Assembly (NCBI GenBank): GCA_020184695.1
Contig: JAANOX010000255.1
Location: 48,185-112,184 of the forward strand
DNA: 64,000 nucleotides
Reading direction: 5' to 3'
Origin: Histomonas meleagridis 2922-C6/04-290x
Lineage: Eukaryota; Protista; Parabasalia
This document shows positions 31,536-44,999 of the stretch, in pieces. Each line of letters starts with the position of its first letter. The stretch's first letter is position 1. Under the pieces are notes generated by a model that saw only the letters and a list, made by a program, of their open reading frames with translations, searched no databases and had not been told where the DNA came from. A program made the position numbers and the translations under genes.

Positions 31536-33944
31536 TTAAGCAGACAGCAATGGCTCAGTCAGAGACACATCTTTTTTTTGCTGTTTAGATTTCCTTTTAA
31601 CGACAATTATTAAAGCCGCAATAGCTGCAATTAAACCCACAGCCAACACAACAGTTATAGCAACCAAAGGTGTGTTAACTACGCAATCAAAATCATCATC
31701 GAATTTTTGGAACATTGAATTACATTTTCCAATTAATTTATTCAATTCTATTGTGTTATTATTATCTAACGACTTCGCGAACATTAATTCGTTTTTATTC
31801 GCAGCGTAAATAATTCCATTAGCTTCTAAATAAGAAAGTGATTCAACGCAATATTTCCTTAAATAATTGATATTTGATACGACGAAATTATTTGCGCTTA
31901 TTGTGTAATTATAAAATTGAAATTCATTATTAAAGTCAGTAGATAATGATGTAAATATTCCATCAACAATTATCGTATTTTCATTATCATTTACATTTTT
32001 GATTTTCTTCGTTTTTATTCTTTCTTTAATATTACCAATATCATTAATTCTTTTATAGTCTAAAAATGGTTCATTTCCTTTAATTACTTTTATTTTCTTG
32101 ATGAAAACTTTAAATAATTCAACGTCTGAATATGTATAATTTAATTGTTCAAGTTCACTAAACATTGTATATCCATCACCTCCACTCGATATATAAGAAG
32201 ATGTTGAAATAGTATAATATTTATCTTCTTTAATATCTTCAATCAAATTTCCATTAATATCTACAAGTTTCATATTTGTAACTCGTAAATCATCATTCCA
32301 ATCTTTTGTTAAGTCAATCAAAAATGTAATTCCTGAGAAGAATGGGAAACATGACACCATTGTTTGTTTATATGAACGTGTACCAAATTTAATGATTTCT
32401 TTAATTTGTAATCCAGTTGCATTAACAAAAACATTTTTGTTATTAAATGGAAGGATTTCTAATAAGTCTCCATATGTAATAACACCTTTTGTAATGGATG
32501 AACGGATTCCTCCTCCATGAATCATTGATATATCAACGTGTGGTTCCACTAAATCGAACATTGCTGTTGTGACTAAATTTGCTATTCGTGATGTTCCTAA
32601 TAAACGAAGTTCTTCTGTATTAGAAAGTAAATCAACTTCTGATCGTCCAACAGTTTCATTAATAATTTGTTCAATTTCATAATTCTTCTTTTCCAAAAAT
32701 TCAGTTATATCTTTGTCTGGTTCAATATCTTTTGTTTCTTCATAAGGAATTAATTTGGCCTTTTTACCAATGACTTTATTCGTCATCTCATCAATTAATA
32801 AATCAGTAACACCAATGTTATTAAGATTATATCCTGTTTGAACTATTAATGTTTGGTAATCATTATTAAGATGAAATGCTCCATTTTGAATTTCAGTATG
32901 TGAATGGCCATCAATGATAACATCAATGCCATTAAAATTCTCCGCTAAATAATTCGAATTTAATTCAAGATATTCATATCCAAGATGAGATAAAAGGATA
33001 ATAACATCACATTCTTCTTCTTCTCGTAGAGTTTGAACAACTTCCTTTGATATCCCGATCAAATCGCTATCAAATTCAACGGTTTTTATGCTTTCTGTGC
33101 TTGTGATGTTTGGTGTATAAGGAGTCGTCAATCCGAAAATACCAACTTTAACTCCATGAACAGTTTTAACTATATATTGCTTGAAGTTAAGTGGACTGGT
33201 TGGATTGGTATCTTTGGCATTTGCTACAACTATTGGAACATTGGTGTTTTTAAAATTAATAAGTGCATTATCATATCCAAAATCCCAAAAATGATTTCCT
33301 ACTGTAACAGCATCGTATTCGGCCTTGTTGATTGCATCAATGCCAACGTTTCCATTTTTGATATTACAAAGAGGTGCACCTGATATGAAATCTCCTGCAT
33401 CAAAAAACAATACGTCGTAACCATTTTTGAGTGCTTTTTCTTTTTCTGATTTGACATAAGATATGGTTTTTGGAAAACCGATGACTTCTTTTTGATCAGA
33501 TGGATCAAGTGAGCAATGAATATCATTTGTATGTATAATTCTGATAAATTTGTTCTTATTAACACTGAATGAACCATGAATATAAAGATGTCCTCCATCT
33601 TTATCATTAATTCTAATTGGGCCATCTATAATAGGATTTATATCTGTTAGATACAAGTGTATGTTTCCTTGAATAATATCAAGCTTCTGGAGGATATCAC
33701 CAGATTCAACATCAAATATGTTTAATGTTAGTCCTCCATCAACTCTCAAAGTACGGTACTCGTTTGGGAAGTTTGCTATTGCTTTGTATGTTGTATTTAT
33801 TGTGATGTTATGAAAATCTGATATCTTACATTTTGCAAAAGGAATATCAAAAGTATCAATAAAGACGTTAGATTCTTTTGAGCCTTTGCAGTACTCGCTC
33901 AATTTCATGATGCAATTCCCATGTAATAGGAGAATTAAAAACAT
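31536..33944 (-). CDS. Membrane-anchored ecto-5'-nucleotidase (UshA/CD73 family)
   Basis: Signal-like N-terminus. Metallophosphoesterase motifs HTNDIH, DAGD, GNH, LSHLG and DGHSH; C-domain GGIR and GGDGY; C-terminal TM helix. Confidence 0.9.
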   Translation of the reverse strand: MFLILLLHGNCIMKLSEYCKGSKESNVFIDTFDIPFAKCKISDFHNITINTTYKAIANFPNEYRTLRVDGGLTLNIFDVESGDILQKLDIIQGNIHLYLTDINPIIDGPIRINDKDGGHLYIHGSFSVNKNKFIRIIHTNDIHCSLDPSDQKEVIGFPKTISYVKSEKEKALKNGYDVLFFDAGDFISGAPLCNIKNGNVGIDAINKAEYDAVTVGNHFWDFGYDNALINFKNTNVPIVVANAKDTNPTSPLNFKQYIVKTVHGVKVGIFGLTTPYTPNITSTESIKTVEFDSDLIGISKEVVQTLREEEECDVIILLSHLGYEYLELNSNYLAENFNGIDVIIDGHSHTEIQNGAFHLNNDYQTLIVQTGYNLNNIGVTDLLIDEMTNKVIGKKAKLIPYEETKDIEPDKDITEFLEKKNYEIEQIINETVGRSEVDLLSNTEELRLLGTSRIANLVTTAMFDLVEPHVDISMIHGGGIRSSITKGVITYGDLLEILPFNNKNVFVNATGLQIKEIIKFGTRSYKQTMVSCFPFFSGITFLIDLTKDWNDDLRVTNMKLVDINGNLIEDIKEDKYYTISTSSYISSGGDGYTMFSELEQLNYTYSDVELFKVFIKKIKVIKGNEPFLDYKRINDIGNIKERIKTKKIKNVNDNENTIIVDGIFTSLSTDFNNEFQFYNYTISANNFVVSNINYLRKYCVESLSYLEANGIIYAANKNELMFAKSLDNNNTIELNKLIGKCNSMFQKFDDDFDCVVNTPLVAITVVLAVGLIAAIAALIIVVKRKSKQQKKDVSLTEPLLSA

Positions 33945-34167
33945 TGGGAAACAAGGTTTGATTCAGTACCCAAAAAACGACACTAAATTCAAATGTCAGC
34001 AACACAAAATCAAACTTTTTGAAAGAAACCCGATGATGTTGTATCCAGCTTTATCCTGATGAAAAGTCAATAAAAAATACGTGTATACAGTATTATATAA
34101 TAACCAAAAAAGCGCATACTTTTATTAATTTTTGTTATATCATTTTTTCTTTTGATTTGAATGATTA

Positions 34168-35172
34168 TCACTTTCTGTGAAATAAATCCCATTTAAGACC
34201 TTGGATGAAATACCCTGTGGGTGGGAGAGCAGAGAGTGCATATAGCACTGAGTTCACAAGTAAGTCTATTGTGAACCTTTTGATGAATTTACATTTATTG
34301 TTTTCACAATAAGATGAATTGTTCGCAAGGTTAATCATTTTTATTCCAATTACGATTTGTGCTATAGCTATTAAACAAAAAATAGGAATTGATATGTAGC
34401 AAATTATATTCAACAATTCCCTATCTTCAGAAAAATGAGATAAAAATATTGTAAACAAACCAAACAAAATAATTGCGATCGAAACATATTCGACATTTTT
34501 TGTAATATTATACAAATTAGTTTCTTTTAGATTTGAAATTTGTGACGAAATAATGGCGTAATGGATTAATGGTATAACCCATGTGAACATAGAAAGATAG
34601 AAATAGCCATACATTAGTGGGAGTAAATAATTATGTGTGCGTCTAGGTTTGATTAATTTGAGAATTGCTGAGTATATTTTGTCAAAACCAATGTTGTCTT
34701 TTGTGGAGCATGAAATGTAATTAGAAAACTTGTGCTCAAGAGCAAACTTTTTTGCTTCGCTGTCAGAAATATGATTTGGATTTCTTTTTTGTCTTAAATC
34801 TGATTTAGTGCCAACCAGAATTATGTTTTTACTTACAGTCCTTTGACAAAGTGATATATATTTTTTTGTAAGATTGAGAAATGATTCTCTTGAATCAAGA
34901 GAAAAACAGAGCAAAATAACATCACGACTTGCAAACAAGATTTCGGAATATCTTTCTTTGAGGAACTCACGATCTGTATCATATATTCTTAGAATGCAAT
35001 GTTGATTGTAATCATCTATTATATCTTTTTCAAAAATATTTGATGTTTGAGGTATCTGTTCTTCAAAAGGATTTTTGTCTGTGACAAATTTCATGAGAAA
35101 AGATGTTTTGCCAATGCCATCATCGCCTACCACTGTGATTTTTTTTAAACCAGGGTGCTCCGACATGTCCAT
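34168..35172 (-). CDS. Rho/Rac-like GTPase domain fused to a four-TM C-terminal domain
   Basis: VVGDDGIGKT, YDTDR (G3 variant), LVGTKSDLR and YISCS, followed by four hydrophobic helices. No CaaX. Confidence 0.75.
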   Translation of the reverse strand: MDMSEHPGLKKITVVGDDGIGKTSFLMKFVTDKNPFEEQIPQTSNIFEKDIIDDYNQHCILRIYDTDREFLKERYSEILFASRDVILLCFSLDSRESFLNLTKKYISLCQRTVSKNIILVGTKSDLRQKRNPNHISDSEAKKFALEHKFSNYISCSTKDNIGFDKIYSAILKLIKPRRTHNYLLPLMYGYFYLSMFTWVIPLIHYAIISSQISNLKETNLYNITKNVEYVSIAIILFGLFTIFLSHFSEDRELLNIICYISIPIFCLIAIAQIVIGIKMINLANNSSYCENNKCKFIKRFTIDLLVNSVLYALSALPPTGYFIQGLKWDLFHRK

Positions 35173-36160
35173 GTGTTGCTGTGATTAAATTTTAATCAAA
35201 AGAAAATAAAGCTCCTGAAATTATGGTGTTATTTGAAAAGTTTACAAATCTAAGTGTAAACTATTTAAATCTCCTATAAAATTTCTCCGATAAGTTGAAT
35301 ACGTTGTTGTTAATTGTGTCGATACAAACTTTTTGAGCGCTCTTTATTCAAAAACTCGTCCCTTTGATGCTAAACGATATCATTTTCTTTCTTTCATTTT
35401 TTTGTCTTCTTCCCCAATTTAAATAAGGGAACATTCTGTCACTTTTCATAAAAATCATTACATTTCAGATTTGTGAACATCTTCCGATTGCAAAAACAAC
35501 AAAACGCGTTTCAGCAAAAGTATTACAAATGAACTGACGAAAAGAAGAAGCGGTTGAAGCTCTCTGTATCGTTTTTGACTGATTTATTAACAAGTTTCTC
35601 AAGTTTTGGCACGAATGTGTTATTTTTTCTTGATATTCCCCATACGTTTCTTTTGCTTATTACAAACCTCACCAAAAAATTCAGGTTCAAAGATTTTTAG
35701 TGATCAATTTTCTATTTCTCAAACTCTCAAGCATTCCCCTTGTCTTACTTTAGAATCCAAAGAGACTACATACTTCTCATTCTCACTCCATAACAAAGAG
35801 AGTGTATCCATTAAAAACACAAATTTTATTATTCTAAAAGCGAATGAATCGAATACATTCAATATCATCACAGAAGAATATCAACGTCATTCCCCTTTAT
35901 TCGAGTTGCCGATATCATATGTTAAACATTATATCGAATTCTTTACTTTGGTATTTAATCATTTTTCATTAAAAGCTCATTTACCAATTTCAATGAATAA
36001 TAACTTCATGAGGAAAATGTTCAAATTCAATGAAACTGTTCAAGTTCGAATGTATAACTTTTTTATTTTGGGATTTTTTTTATTATATGAAATCAAATTT
36101 TTAATGAATATATTTAAAAGAAACGAAAATAAAAAACAGAAAAATGTTTATATTTTTGTT

Positions 36161-37285
36161 ATGTTTTTCATGAACTCTTATGAAATATTTTATGAAAATA
36201 CTTCAACACTTTCAATCATGAATTCAAATGAATTCGGAGATATTAAACAATATCAAAACATAACGAAATTTATAATTATCAGTGAAAATATATATGAAAT
36301 TCCAAGTGATGCATTTTCAGGATGGCATTCAGTTGTTTCAGTTAATTTTGGTAACTCAGTTACAAATATTGGGGGTTCTGTGTTTTTCGTTATGTTCACA
36401 ATTAGAAACGATTATAATTGGAGAAAAATGTTACAACGATTGGTGGTTCATCATTTTCATTGTGTTCATCAATCAAAAACATTACAATTCCAAATTCAGT
36501 TACAACAATTGGCGGTAGTGCGTTTTCATTATGTTCTAATTTAACTTTATTAACACTTGGATATGGAATAAGAGAAATTGGAAGTTCAGCATTTGGGAAT
36601 TGTTATAATCTTGAATGCATTTATTATTATGGATATTCAGAACCAGAAATTAGAGAAAATGCATTTTTTAATGTATCAACAAGTGTTATCACATATCCAA
36701 CATATAAAGGAAGTAAATTTGGAAATTTAGATGTTGCCAAAGAAAACGCAGAAGGAACCTGCAATCCAATTCCAACACATTCATTTAGTCAATCGAATAC
36801 ATTTACTGAATCACTTCAAAGTGATATTTCATTATCATTTTCATATACATTAACAATTACATTATCAATTACACATTCATTAACTATTTATGAAACAAAA
36901 ACGAAAACATTTTCATTATATATAAACAATTCGACATTTTCATATATTGAAACAGAATTTATTTATTACAATTATACGATTGTTATTTATTCGACTTATT
37001 ATAATTATTATTCCAATTTCTTTACAATGTTTTACACTTCCAATGAAAATTCGCCAAATGGAATTACGACAAATGCTTTGATTGGAATTATTTGCGGATC
37101 ATTTGCATTTGTTTTTGGTCATTGTTGGAATTGTTATATTTTTAGTGAAAAGTAATAATAAGAAAGAAAAATCGGATTCAAAGTTACAATTTAAGGACAC
37201 GACAACATCAAGTACAAAGCAAATCGAAGAAGTAAATAGTTTAGTTGAAGATATTGTGAAAGAAGATGAAGACAATTGGCTATGA
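36161..37285 (+). CDS. BspA-like LRR surface protein, copy 1 (frameshifted in this sequence)
   Basis: TpLRR repeats (IPSDAF, VTNIGGSVF, VTTIGGSAF), S/T-rich region, TM and tail EDEDNWL. Split by 1-nt indels. The frame is open upstream to about 35606. Confidence 0.7.
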
Positions 37286-38110
37286 ATAAAACTGTGTAAT
37301 AAAAAATTTTGATATATTTTGTTATACAAGTTAAAATTAAATTTTGAGTGTTGTTTTGTTTTTTGATGAATTTTTTTATTATAAAATATTATAAGATATT
37401 GTGTTAGCATTGTTAAACATCAATAATAAGGTAAAATTATTCGCTTGTTATTTTAAATGCATTTTGACTTTTTTTAATGTGTGCAATTATTTCATTTTTA
37501 ATAAGAAATTTTTGAATTTTTAAAGATGTATAACTATTATTATTACTTGTTTTTTTAATATAACATAATAAATATAAAAAATTGATGATAAATGATTTTG
37601 AATCATGATTACATTTACATTAAATGTTTGCACTTTTCTGAATGAAATGGGACAAACTTTACTTGAATTCATTATTTATAAAAGCAAAAAATATTTTTTA
37701 AATTAAAGATACAATAAAAATGATTTTGTACATAAAGAGCTTCGCATGATATGTTTATTTAGAATAAAACAAGAAACTTAAAATCATAATATAGAAGAGT
37801 TTCCAATGTTTCAAAAATTAAATTTTATGATGATGAAAACATTTTAAATCAATGAACGGCACATCAAATTAAAGCTTAAAATCAGTTCTATAACATATAT
37901 TCATTGTGTTATTTAAAAGTGAAAATATAATGTGTTATAGTTGTTTCTTCGATTGGCGTTTTAAAATATGAATTCAAATGGTTCAAAATTGATTTGAAAG
38001 ACCCCAATTAAACGACAGGTTTATTTAATGTTTAACCGTGAGATTTTTAAACTTTTGAGATAGCCGATGTATATTTGGTGAAGGTCTAGAAGTATATTAC
38101 AAGCTGAAAC

Positions 38111-39885
38111 ATGAGAACCTTCATTTTGTCCATCATTTTGATCATGACGAAACGATTAATAACCGATATAAAGCTTATTACACCTTATATTATTCATAAA
38201 GAAATATTACAAATACAAAAAAAGATAAAAGCAGGGAAGGATTGACTTACCAATGTGATAGAGAAGTTCCAATCAATGAAATTATGATCAAAAAATTCAA
38301 AAGATTTAACAATAATTATAAAGTTTTGATAGACAAATTATTTTTAAATTTGATACCAAATAATGAATCTACAGCAATTGTACATCATGATTTTAATAAC
38401 AAACAAAAAATTCAAAGAACATATTTTTCAAACATTTTGAAAATAGGCTTTGAAATCAATATATTTGTCAAAAATGGCATATTTGAGGAAACCTCTAACA
38501 TATCTTATGAAGATATATCTTCCATAAAGCGTGAATTTTCACATTTTTTGATGATGCGAAACTACAACGAAGAAGGACCAAATATTTTCAATGTTTTACT
38601 TCATTCAACCATCATTTTTTCAATTACATTTTCGGTTATTCATATCAAATTTTATCAGAAAAACACAATCTCAGTTCAGAAAATATTAACGACCAAATAT
38701 ATATTGAAAGTAAAAGAAAAGAAAAAAATTGAAAATATTTTTGTTTATATTTTTGTTATGTTTTTCATGAACTCTTATGAAATATTTTATGAAAATACTT
38801 CAACACTTTCAATCATGAATTCAAATGAATTCGGAGATATTAAACAATATCAAAACATAACGAAATTTATAATTATCAGTGAAAATATATATGAAATTCC
38901 AAGTGATGCATTTTCAGGATGGCATTCAGTTGTTTCAGTTAATTTTGGTAACTCAGTTACAAATATTGGGGGTTCTGTGTTTTCGTTATGTTCACAATTA
39001 GAAACGATTATAATTGGAGAAAATGTTACAACGATTGGTGGTTCATCATTTTGCATTGTGTTGATCAATCAAAAACATTACAATTCCACATTCAGTTACA
39101 TGAATTGGCGGTAGTGTGTTTTCATTATGTTCTAATTTAACTTTATTAACACTTGGATATGGAATAAGAGAAATTGGAAGTTCAGCATTTGGGAATTGTT
39201 ATAATCTTGAATGCATTTATTATTATGGATATTCAGAACCAGAAATTAGAGAAAATGCATTTTTTAATGTATCAACAAGTGTTATCACATATCCAACATA
39301 TAAAGGAAGTAAATTTGGAAATTTAGATGTTGCCAAAGAAAAACGCAGAAGGAACCTGCAATCCAATTCCAACACATTCATTTAGTCAATCGAATACATT
39401 TACTGAATCACTTCAAAGTGATATTTCATTATCATTTTCATATACATTAACAATTACATTATCAATTACACATTCATTAACTATTTATGAAACAAAAAAA
39501 CGAAAAACATTTTTCATTATATATAAACAATTCGACATTTTCATATATTGAAACAGAATTTATTTATTACAATTATACGATTGTTATTTATTCGACTTAT
39601 TATAATTATTATTCCAATTTCTTTACAATGTTTTACACTTCCAATGAAAATTCGCCAAATGGAATTACGACAAATGCTTTGATTGGAATTATTTGCGGAT
39701 CATTTGCATTTGTTTTGGTCATTGTTGGAATTGTTATATTTTTAGTGAAAAGTAATAATAAGAAAGAAAAATCGGATTCAAAGTTACAATTTAAGGACAC
39801 GACAACATCAAGTACAAAGCAAATCGAAGAAGTAAATAGTTTAGTTGAAGATATTGTGAAAGAAGATGAAGACAATTGGCTATGA
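38111..39885 (+). CDS. BspA-like LRR surface protein, copy 2 (frameshifted)
   Basis: Same unit as copy 1 plus an N-terminal extension MRTFILSIIL...; indels fall at different positions from the other copies. Confidence 0.7.
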
Positions 39886-40707
39886 ATAAAACTGTGTAAT
39901 AAAAAATTTTGATATATTTTGTTATACAAGTTAAAATTAAATTTTGAGTGTTGTTTTGTTTTTTGATGAATTTTTTTATTATAAAATATTATAAGATATT
40001 GTGTTAGCATTGTTAAACATCAATAATAAGGTAAAATTATTCGCTTGTTATTTTAATGCATTTTGACTTTTTAATGTGTGCAATTATTTCATTTTAATAA
40101 GAAATTTTGAATTTTAAAGATGTATAACTATTATTATTACTTGTTTTTAATATAACATAATAAATATTGTTGATCGATGATCAATGATTTTGAATCATGA
40201 TTACATTTACATTAAATGTTTGCACTTTTCTGAATGAAATGGGACAAACTTTACTTGAATTCATTATTTATAAAAGCAAAAAATATTTTTTAAATTAAAG
40301 ATACAATAAAAATGATTTTGTACATAAAGAGCTTCGCATGATATGTTTATTTAGAATAAAACAAGAAACTTAAAATCATAATATAGAAGAGTTTCCAATG
40401 TTTCAAAAAAAAATTAAATTTTATGATGATGAAAACATTTTAAATCAATGAACGGCACATCAAATTAAAGCTTAAAATCAGTTCTATAACATATATTCAT
40501 TGTGTTATTTAAAAGTGAAAATATAATGTGTTATAGTTGTTTCTTCGATTGGCGTTTTAAAATATGAATTCAAATGGTTCAAAATTGATTTGAAAGACCC
40601 CAATTAAACGACAGGTTTATTTAATGTTTAACCGTGAGATTTTTAAACTTTTTGAGATAGCCGATGTATATTTGGTGAAGGTCTAGAAGTATATTACAAG
40701 CTGAAAC

Positions 40708-42485
40708 ATGAGAACCTTCATTTTGTCCATCATTTTGATCATGACGAAACGATTAATAACCGATATAAAGCTTATTACACCTTATATTATTCATAAAGAA
40801 ATATTACAAATACAAAAAGATAAAAGCAGGGAAGGATTGACTTACCAATGTGATAGAGAAGTTCCAATCAATGAAATTATGATCAAAAAATTCAAAAGAT
40901 TTAACAATAATTATAAAGTTTTGATAGACAAATTATTTTTAAATTTGATACCAAATAATGAATCTACAGCAATTGTACATCATGATTTTAATAACAAACA
41001 AAAAATTCAAAGAACATATTTTTCAAACATTTTGAAAATAGGCTTTGAAATCAATATATTTGTCAAAAATGGCATATTTGAGGAAACCTCTAACATATCT
41101 TATGAAGATATATCTTCCATAAAGCGTGAATTTTCACATTTTTTGATGATGCGAAACTACAACGAAGAAGGACCAAATATTTTTCAATGTTTTACTTCAT
41201 TCAACCATCATTTTTTTCAATTACATTTTTCGGTTATTCATATCAAATTTTTATCAGAAAAACACAATCTCAGTTCAGAAAATATTAACGACCAAATATA
41301 TATTGAAAGTAAAAGAAAAGAAAAAAATTGAAAATATTTTTGTTTATATTTTTGTTATGTTTTTCATGAACTCTTATGAAATATTTTATGAAAATACTTC
41401 AACACTTTCAATCATGAATTCAAATGAATTCGGAGATATTAAACAATATCAAAACATAACGAAATTTATAATTATCAGTGAAAATATATATGAAATTCCA
41501 AGTGATGCATTTTCAGGATGGCATTCAGTTGTTTCAGTTAATTTTGGTAACTCAGTTACAAATATTGGGGGTTCTGTGTTTTCGTTATGTTCACAATTAG
41601 AAACGATTATAATTGGAGAAAATGTTACAACGATTGGTGGTTCATCATTTTCATTGTGTTCATCAATCAAAAAAACATTACAATTCCAAATTCAGTTACA
41701 ACAATTGGCGGTAGTGCGTTTTTCATTATGTTCTAATTTAACTTTATTAACACTTGGAGATGGAATAAGGGAAATGGGAAGTTCAGCAATGGGGACTTTG
41801 TATGATCTTGAATGCATTTATTAGTATGGATATTCAGAACCAGAAATTAGAGAAAACGCATTTTTAATGTATCAACAAGTGTTATCACATATCCAACATA
41901 TAAAGGAAGTAAATTTGGAAATTTAGATGTTGCCAAAGAAAACGCAGAAGGAACCTGCAATCCAATTCCAACACATTCATTTAGTCAATCGAATACATTT
42001 ACTGAATCACTTCAAAGTGATATTTCATTATCATTTTTCATATACATTAACAATTACATTATCAATTACACATTCATTAACTATTTATGAAACAAAAAAA
42101 CGAAAACATTTTTCATTATATATAAACAATTCGACATTTTCATATATTGAAACAGAATTTATTTATTACAATTATACGATTGTTATTTATTCGACTTATT
42201 ATAATTATTATTCCAATTTCTTTACAATGTTTTACACTTCCAATGAAAATTCGCCAAATGGAATTACGACAAATGCTTTGATTGGAATTATTTGCGGATC
42301 ATTTGCATTTGTTTTTGGTCATTGTTGGAATTGTTATATTTTTAGTGAAAAGTAATAATAAGAAAGAAAAATCGGATTCAAAGTTACAATTTAAGGACAC
42401 GACAACATCAAGTACAAAGCAAATCGAAGAAGTAAATAGTTTAGTTGAAGATATTGTGAAAGAAGATGAAGACAATTGGCTATGA
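40708..42485 (+). CDS. BspA-like LRR surface protein, copy 3 (frameshifted, one in-frame TAG)
   Basis: Same unit; private substitutions around 41755-41825. Confidence 0.65.
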
Positions 42486-43306
42486 ATAAAACTGTGTAAT
42501 AAAAAATTTTGATATATTTTGTTATACAAGTTAAAATTAAATTTTGAGTGTTGTTTTGTTTTTTGATGAATTTTTTTATTATAAAATATTATAAGATATT
42601 GTGTTAGCATTGTTAAACATCAATAATAAGGTAAAATTATTCGCTTGTTATTTTAATGCATTTTGACTTTTTAATGTGTGCAATTATTTCATTTTAATAA
42701 GAAATTTTGAATTTTAAAGATGTATAACTATTATTATTACTTGTTTTTAATATAACATAATAAATATTGTTGATCGATGATCAATGATTTTGAATCATGA
42801 TTACATTTACATTAAATGTTTGCACTTTTTCTGAATGAAATGGGACAAACTTTACTTGAATTCATTATTTATAAAAGCAAAAAATATTTTTTAAATTAAA
42901 GATACAGTAAAAATGATTTTGTACATAAAGAGCTTCGCATGATATGTTTATTTAGAATAAAACAAGAAACTTAAAATCATAATATAGAAGAGTTTCCAAT
43001 GTTTCAAAAAAAAATTAAATTTTATGATGATGAAAAAATTTTAAATCAATGAACGGCACATCAAATTAAAGCTTAAAATCAGTTCTATAACATATATTCA
43101 TTGTGTTATTTAAAAGTGAAAATATAATGTGTTATAGTTGTTTCTTCGATTGGCGTTTTAAAATATGAATTCAAATGGTTCAAAATTGATTTGAAAGACC
43201 CCAATTAAACGACAGGTTTATTTAATGTTTAACCGTGAGATTTTAAACTTTTGAGATAGCCGATGTATATTTGGTGAAGGTCTAGAAGTATATTACAAGC
43301 TGAAAC

Positions 43307-44900
43307 ATGAGAACCTTCATTTTGTCCATCATTTTGATCATGACGAAACGATTAATAACCGATATAAAGCTTATTACACCTTATATTATTCATAAAGAAA
43401 TATTACAAATACAAAAAGATAAAAGCAGGGAAGGATTGACTTACCAATGTGATAGAGAAGTTCCAATCAATGAAATTATGATCAAAAAATTCAAAAGATT
43501 TAACAATAATTATAAAGTTTTGATAGACAAATTATTTTTAAATTTGATACCAAATAATGAATCTACAGCAATTGTACATCATGATTTTAATAACAAACAA
43601 AAAATTCAAAGAACATATTTTTTTCAAACATTTTGAAAATAGGCTTTGAAATCAATATATTTGTCAAAAATGGCATATTTGAGGAAACCTCTAACATATC
43701 TTATGAAGATATATCTTCCATAAAGCGTGAATTTTCACATTTTTTGATGATGCGAAACTACAACGAAGAAGGACCAAATATTTTCAATGTTTTACTTCAT
43801 TCAACCATCATTTTTTCAATTACATTTTCGGTTATTCATATCAAATTTTATCAGAAAAACACAATCTCAGTTCAGAAAATATTAACGACCAAATATATAT
43901 TGAAAGTAAAAGAAAAGAAAAATTGAAAATATTTTTGTTTATATTTTGGTTATGTGTTGCATGAACTCTTATGAAATATTTGATGAAAATATTTCAACAC
44001 TTTCAATCATGAATTCAAATGAATTCGGAGATATTAAACAATATCAAAAACATAACGAAATTTATAATTATCAGTGAAAATATATATGAAATTCCAAGTG
44101 ATGCATTTTCAGGATGGCATTCAGTTGTTTCAGTTAATTTTGGTAACTCAGTTACAAATATTGGGGGTTCTGTGTTTTCGTTATGTTCACAATTAGAAAC
44201 GATTATAATTGGAGAAAATGTTACAACGATTGGTGGTTCATCATTTTCATTGTGTTCATCAATCAAAAACATTACAATTCCAAATTCAGTTACAACAATT
44301 GGCGGTAGTGCGTTTTCATTATGTTCTAATTTAACTTTATTAACACTTGGATATGGAATAAGAGAAATTGGAAGTTCAGCATTTGGGAATTGTTATAATC
44401 TTGAATGCATTTATTATTATGGATATTCAGAACCAGAAATTAGAGAAAATGCATTTTTTAATGTATCAACAAGTGTTATCACATATCCAACATATAAAGG
44501 AACATTTTCATTATATATAAACAATTCGACATTTTCATATATTGAAACAGAATTTATTTATTACAATTATACGATTGTTATTTATTCGACTTATTATAAT
44601 TATTATTCCAATTTCTTTACAATGTTTTACACTGATAATAATAATCAAAATAACGACAATAAAACAACAATTATTGTCATTTCTGTTTGTGTAATTGTTA
44701 TAGTTATTATCATCACCGTATTACTCATCATATTATTAAAACATGTTCAAAACAAGAAAGAAGAAATTCATGAAAATGTTAATTCAGAAAATGAAAACGA
44801 AACGACGAATACATTTACTACCGGAATAAGTAACATAAATATTGAAGAAGATCCATTTGCTGAAGATTTCAAAGAAGAAAAATTCATTGAACAAATTTAA
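43307..44900 (+). CDS. BspA-like LRR surface protein, copy 4, with stalk deletion and a different TM/tail
   Basis: Same LRRs; in-frame 195-nt deletion (TYKG|TFSLY); unique tail ending EEDPFAEDFKEEKFIEQI*. Confidence 0.72.
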
Positions 44901-44999
44901 TATAATTATCAATAAAAATACAATTTAAATTTATTTTCCTTATTCAGATTAAATTTTATAGAGAGATTTCGTTATTAATTTGATAATATTCATTTCTTC

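Larger units (their letters stand above)
36145..44633 (+). repeat. Tandem segmental repeat, ~2.6 kb unit, about 3.3 copies
   Basis: atgaactctta at 36170, 38767, 41366 and 43961. EDEDNWL* stops at 37285, 39885 and 42485. Confidence 0.95.
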
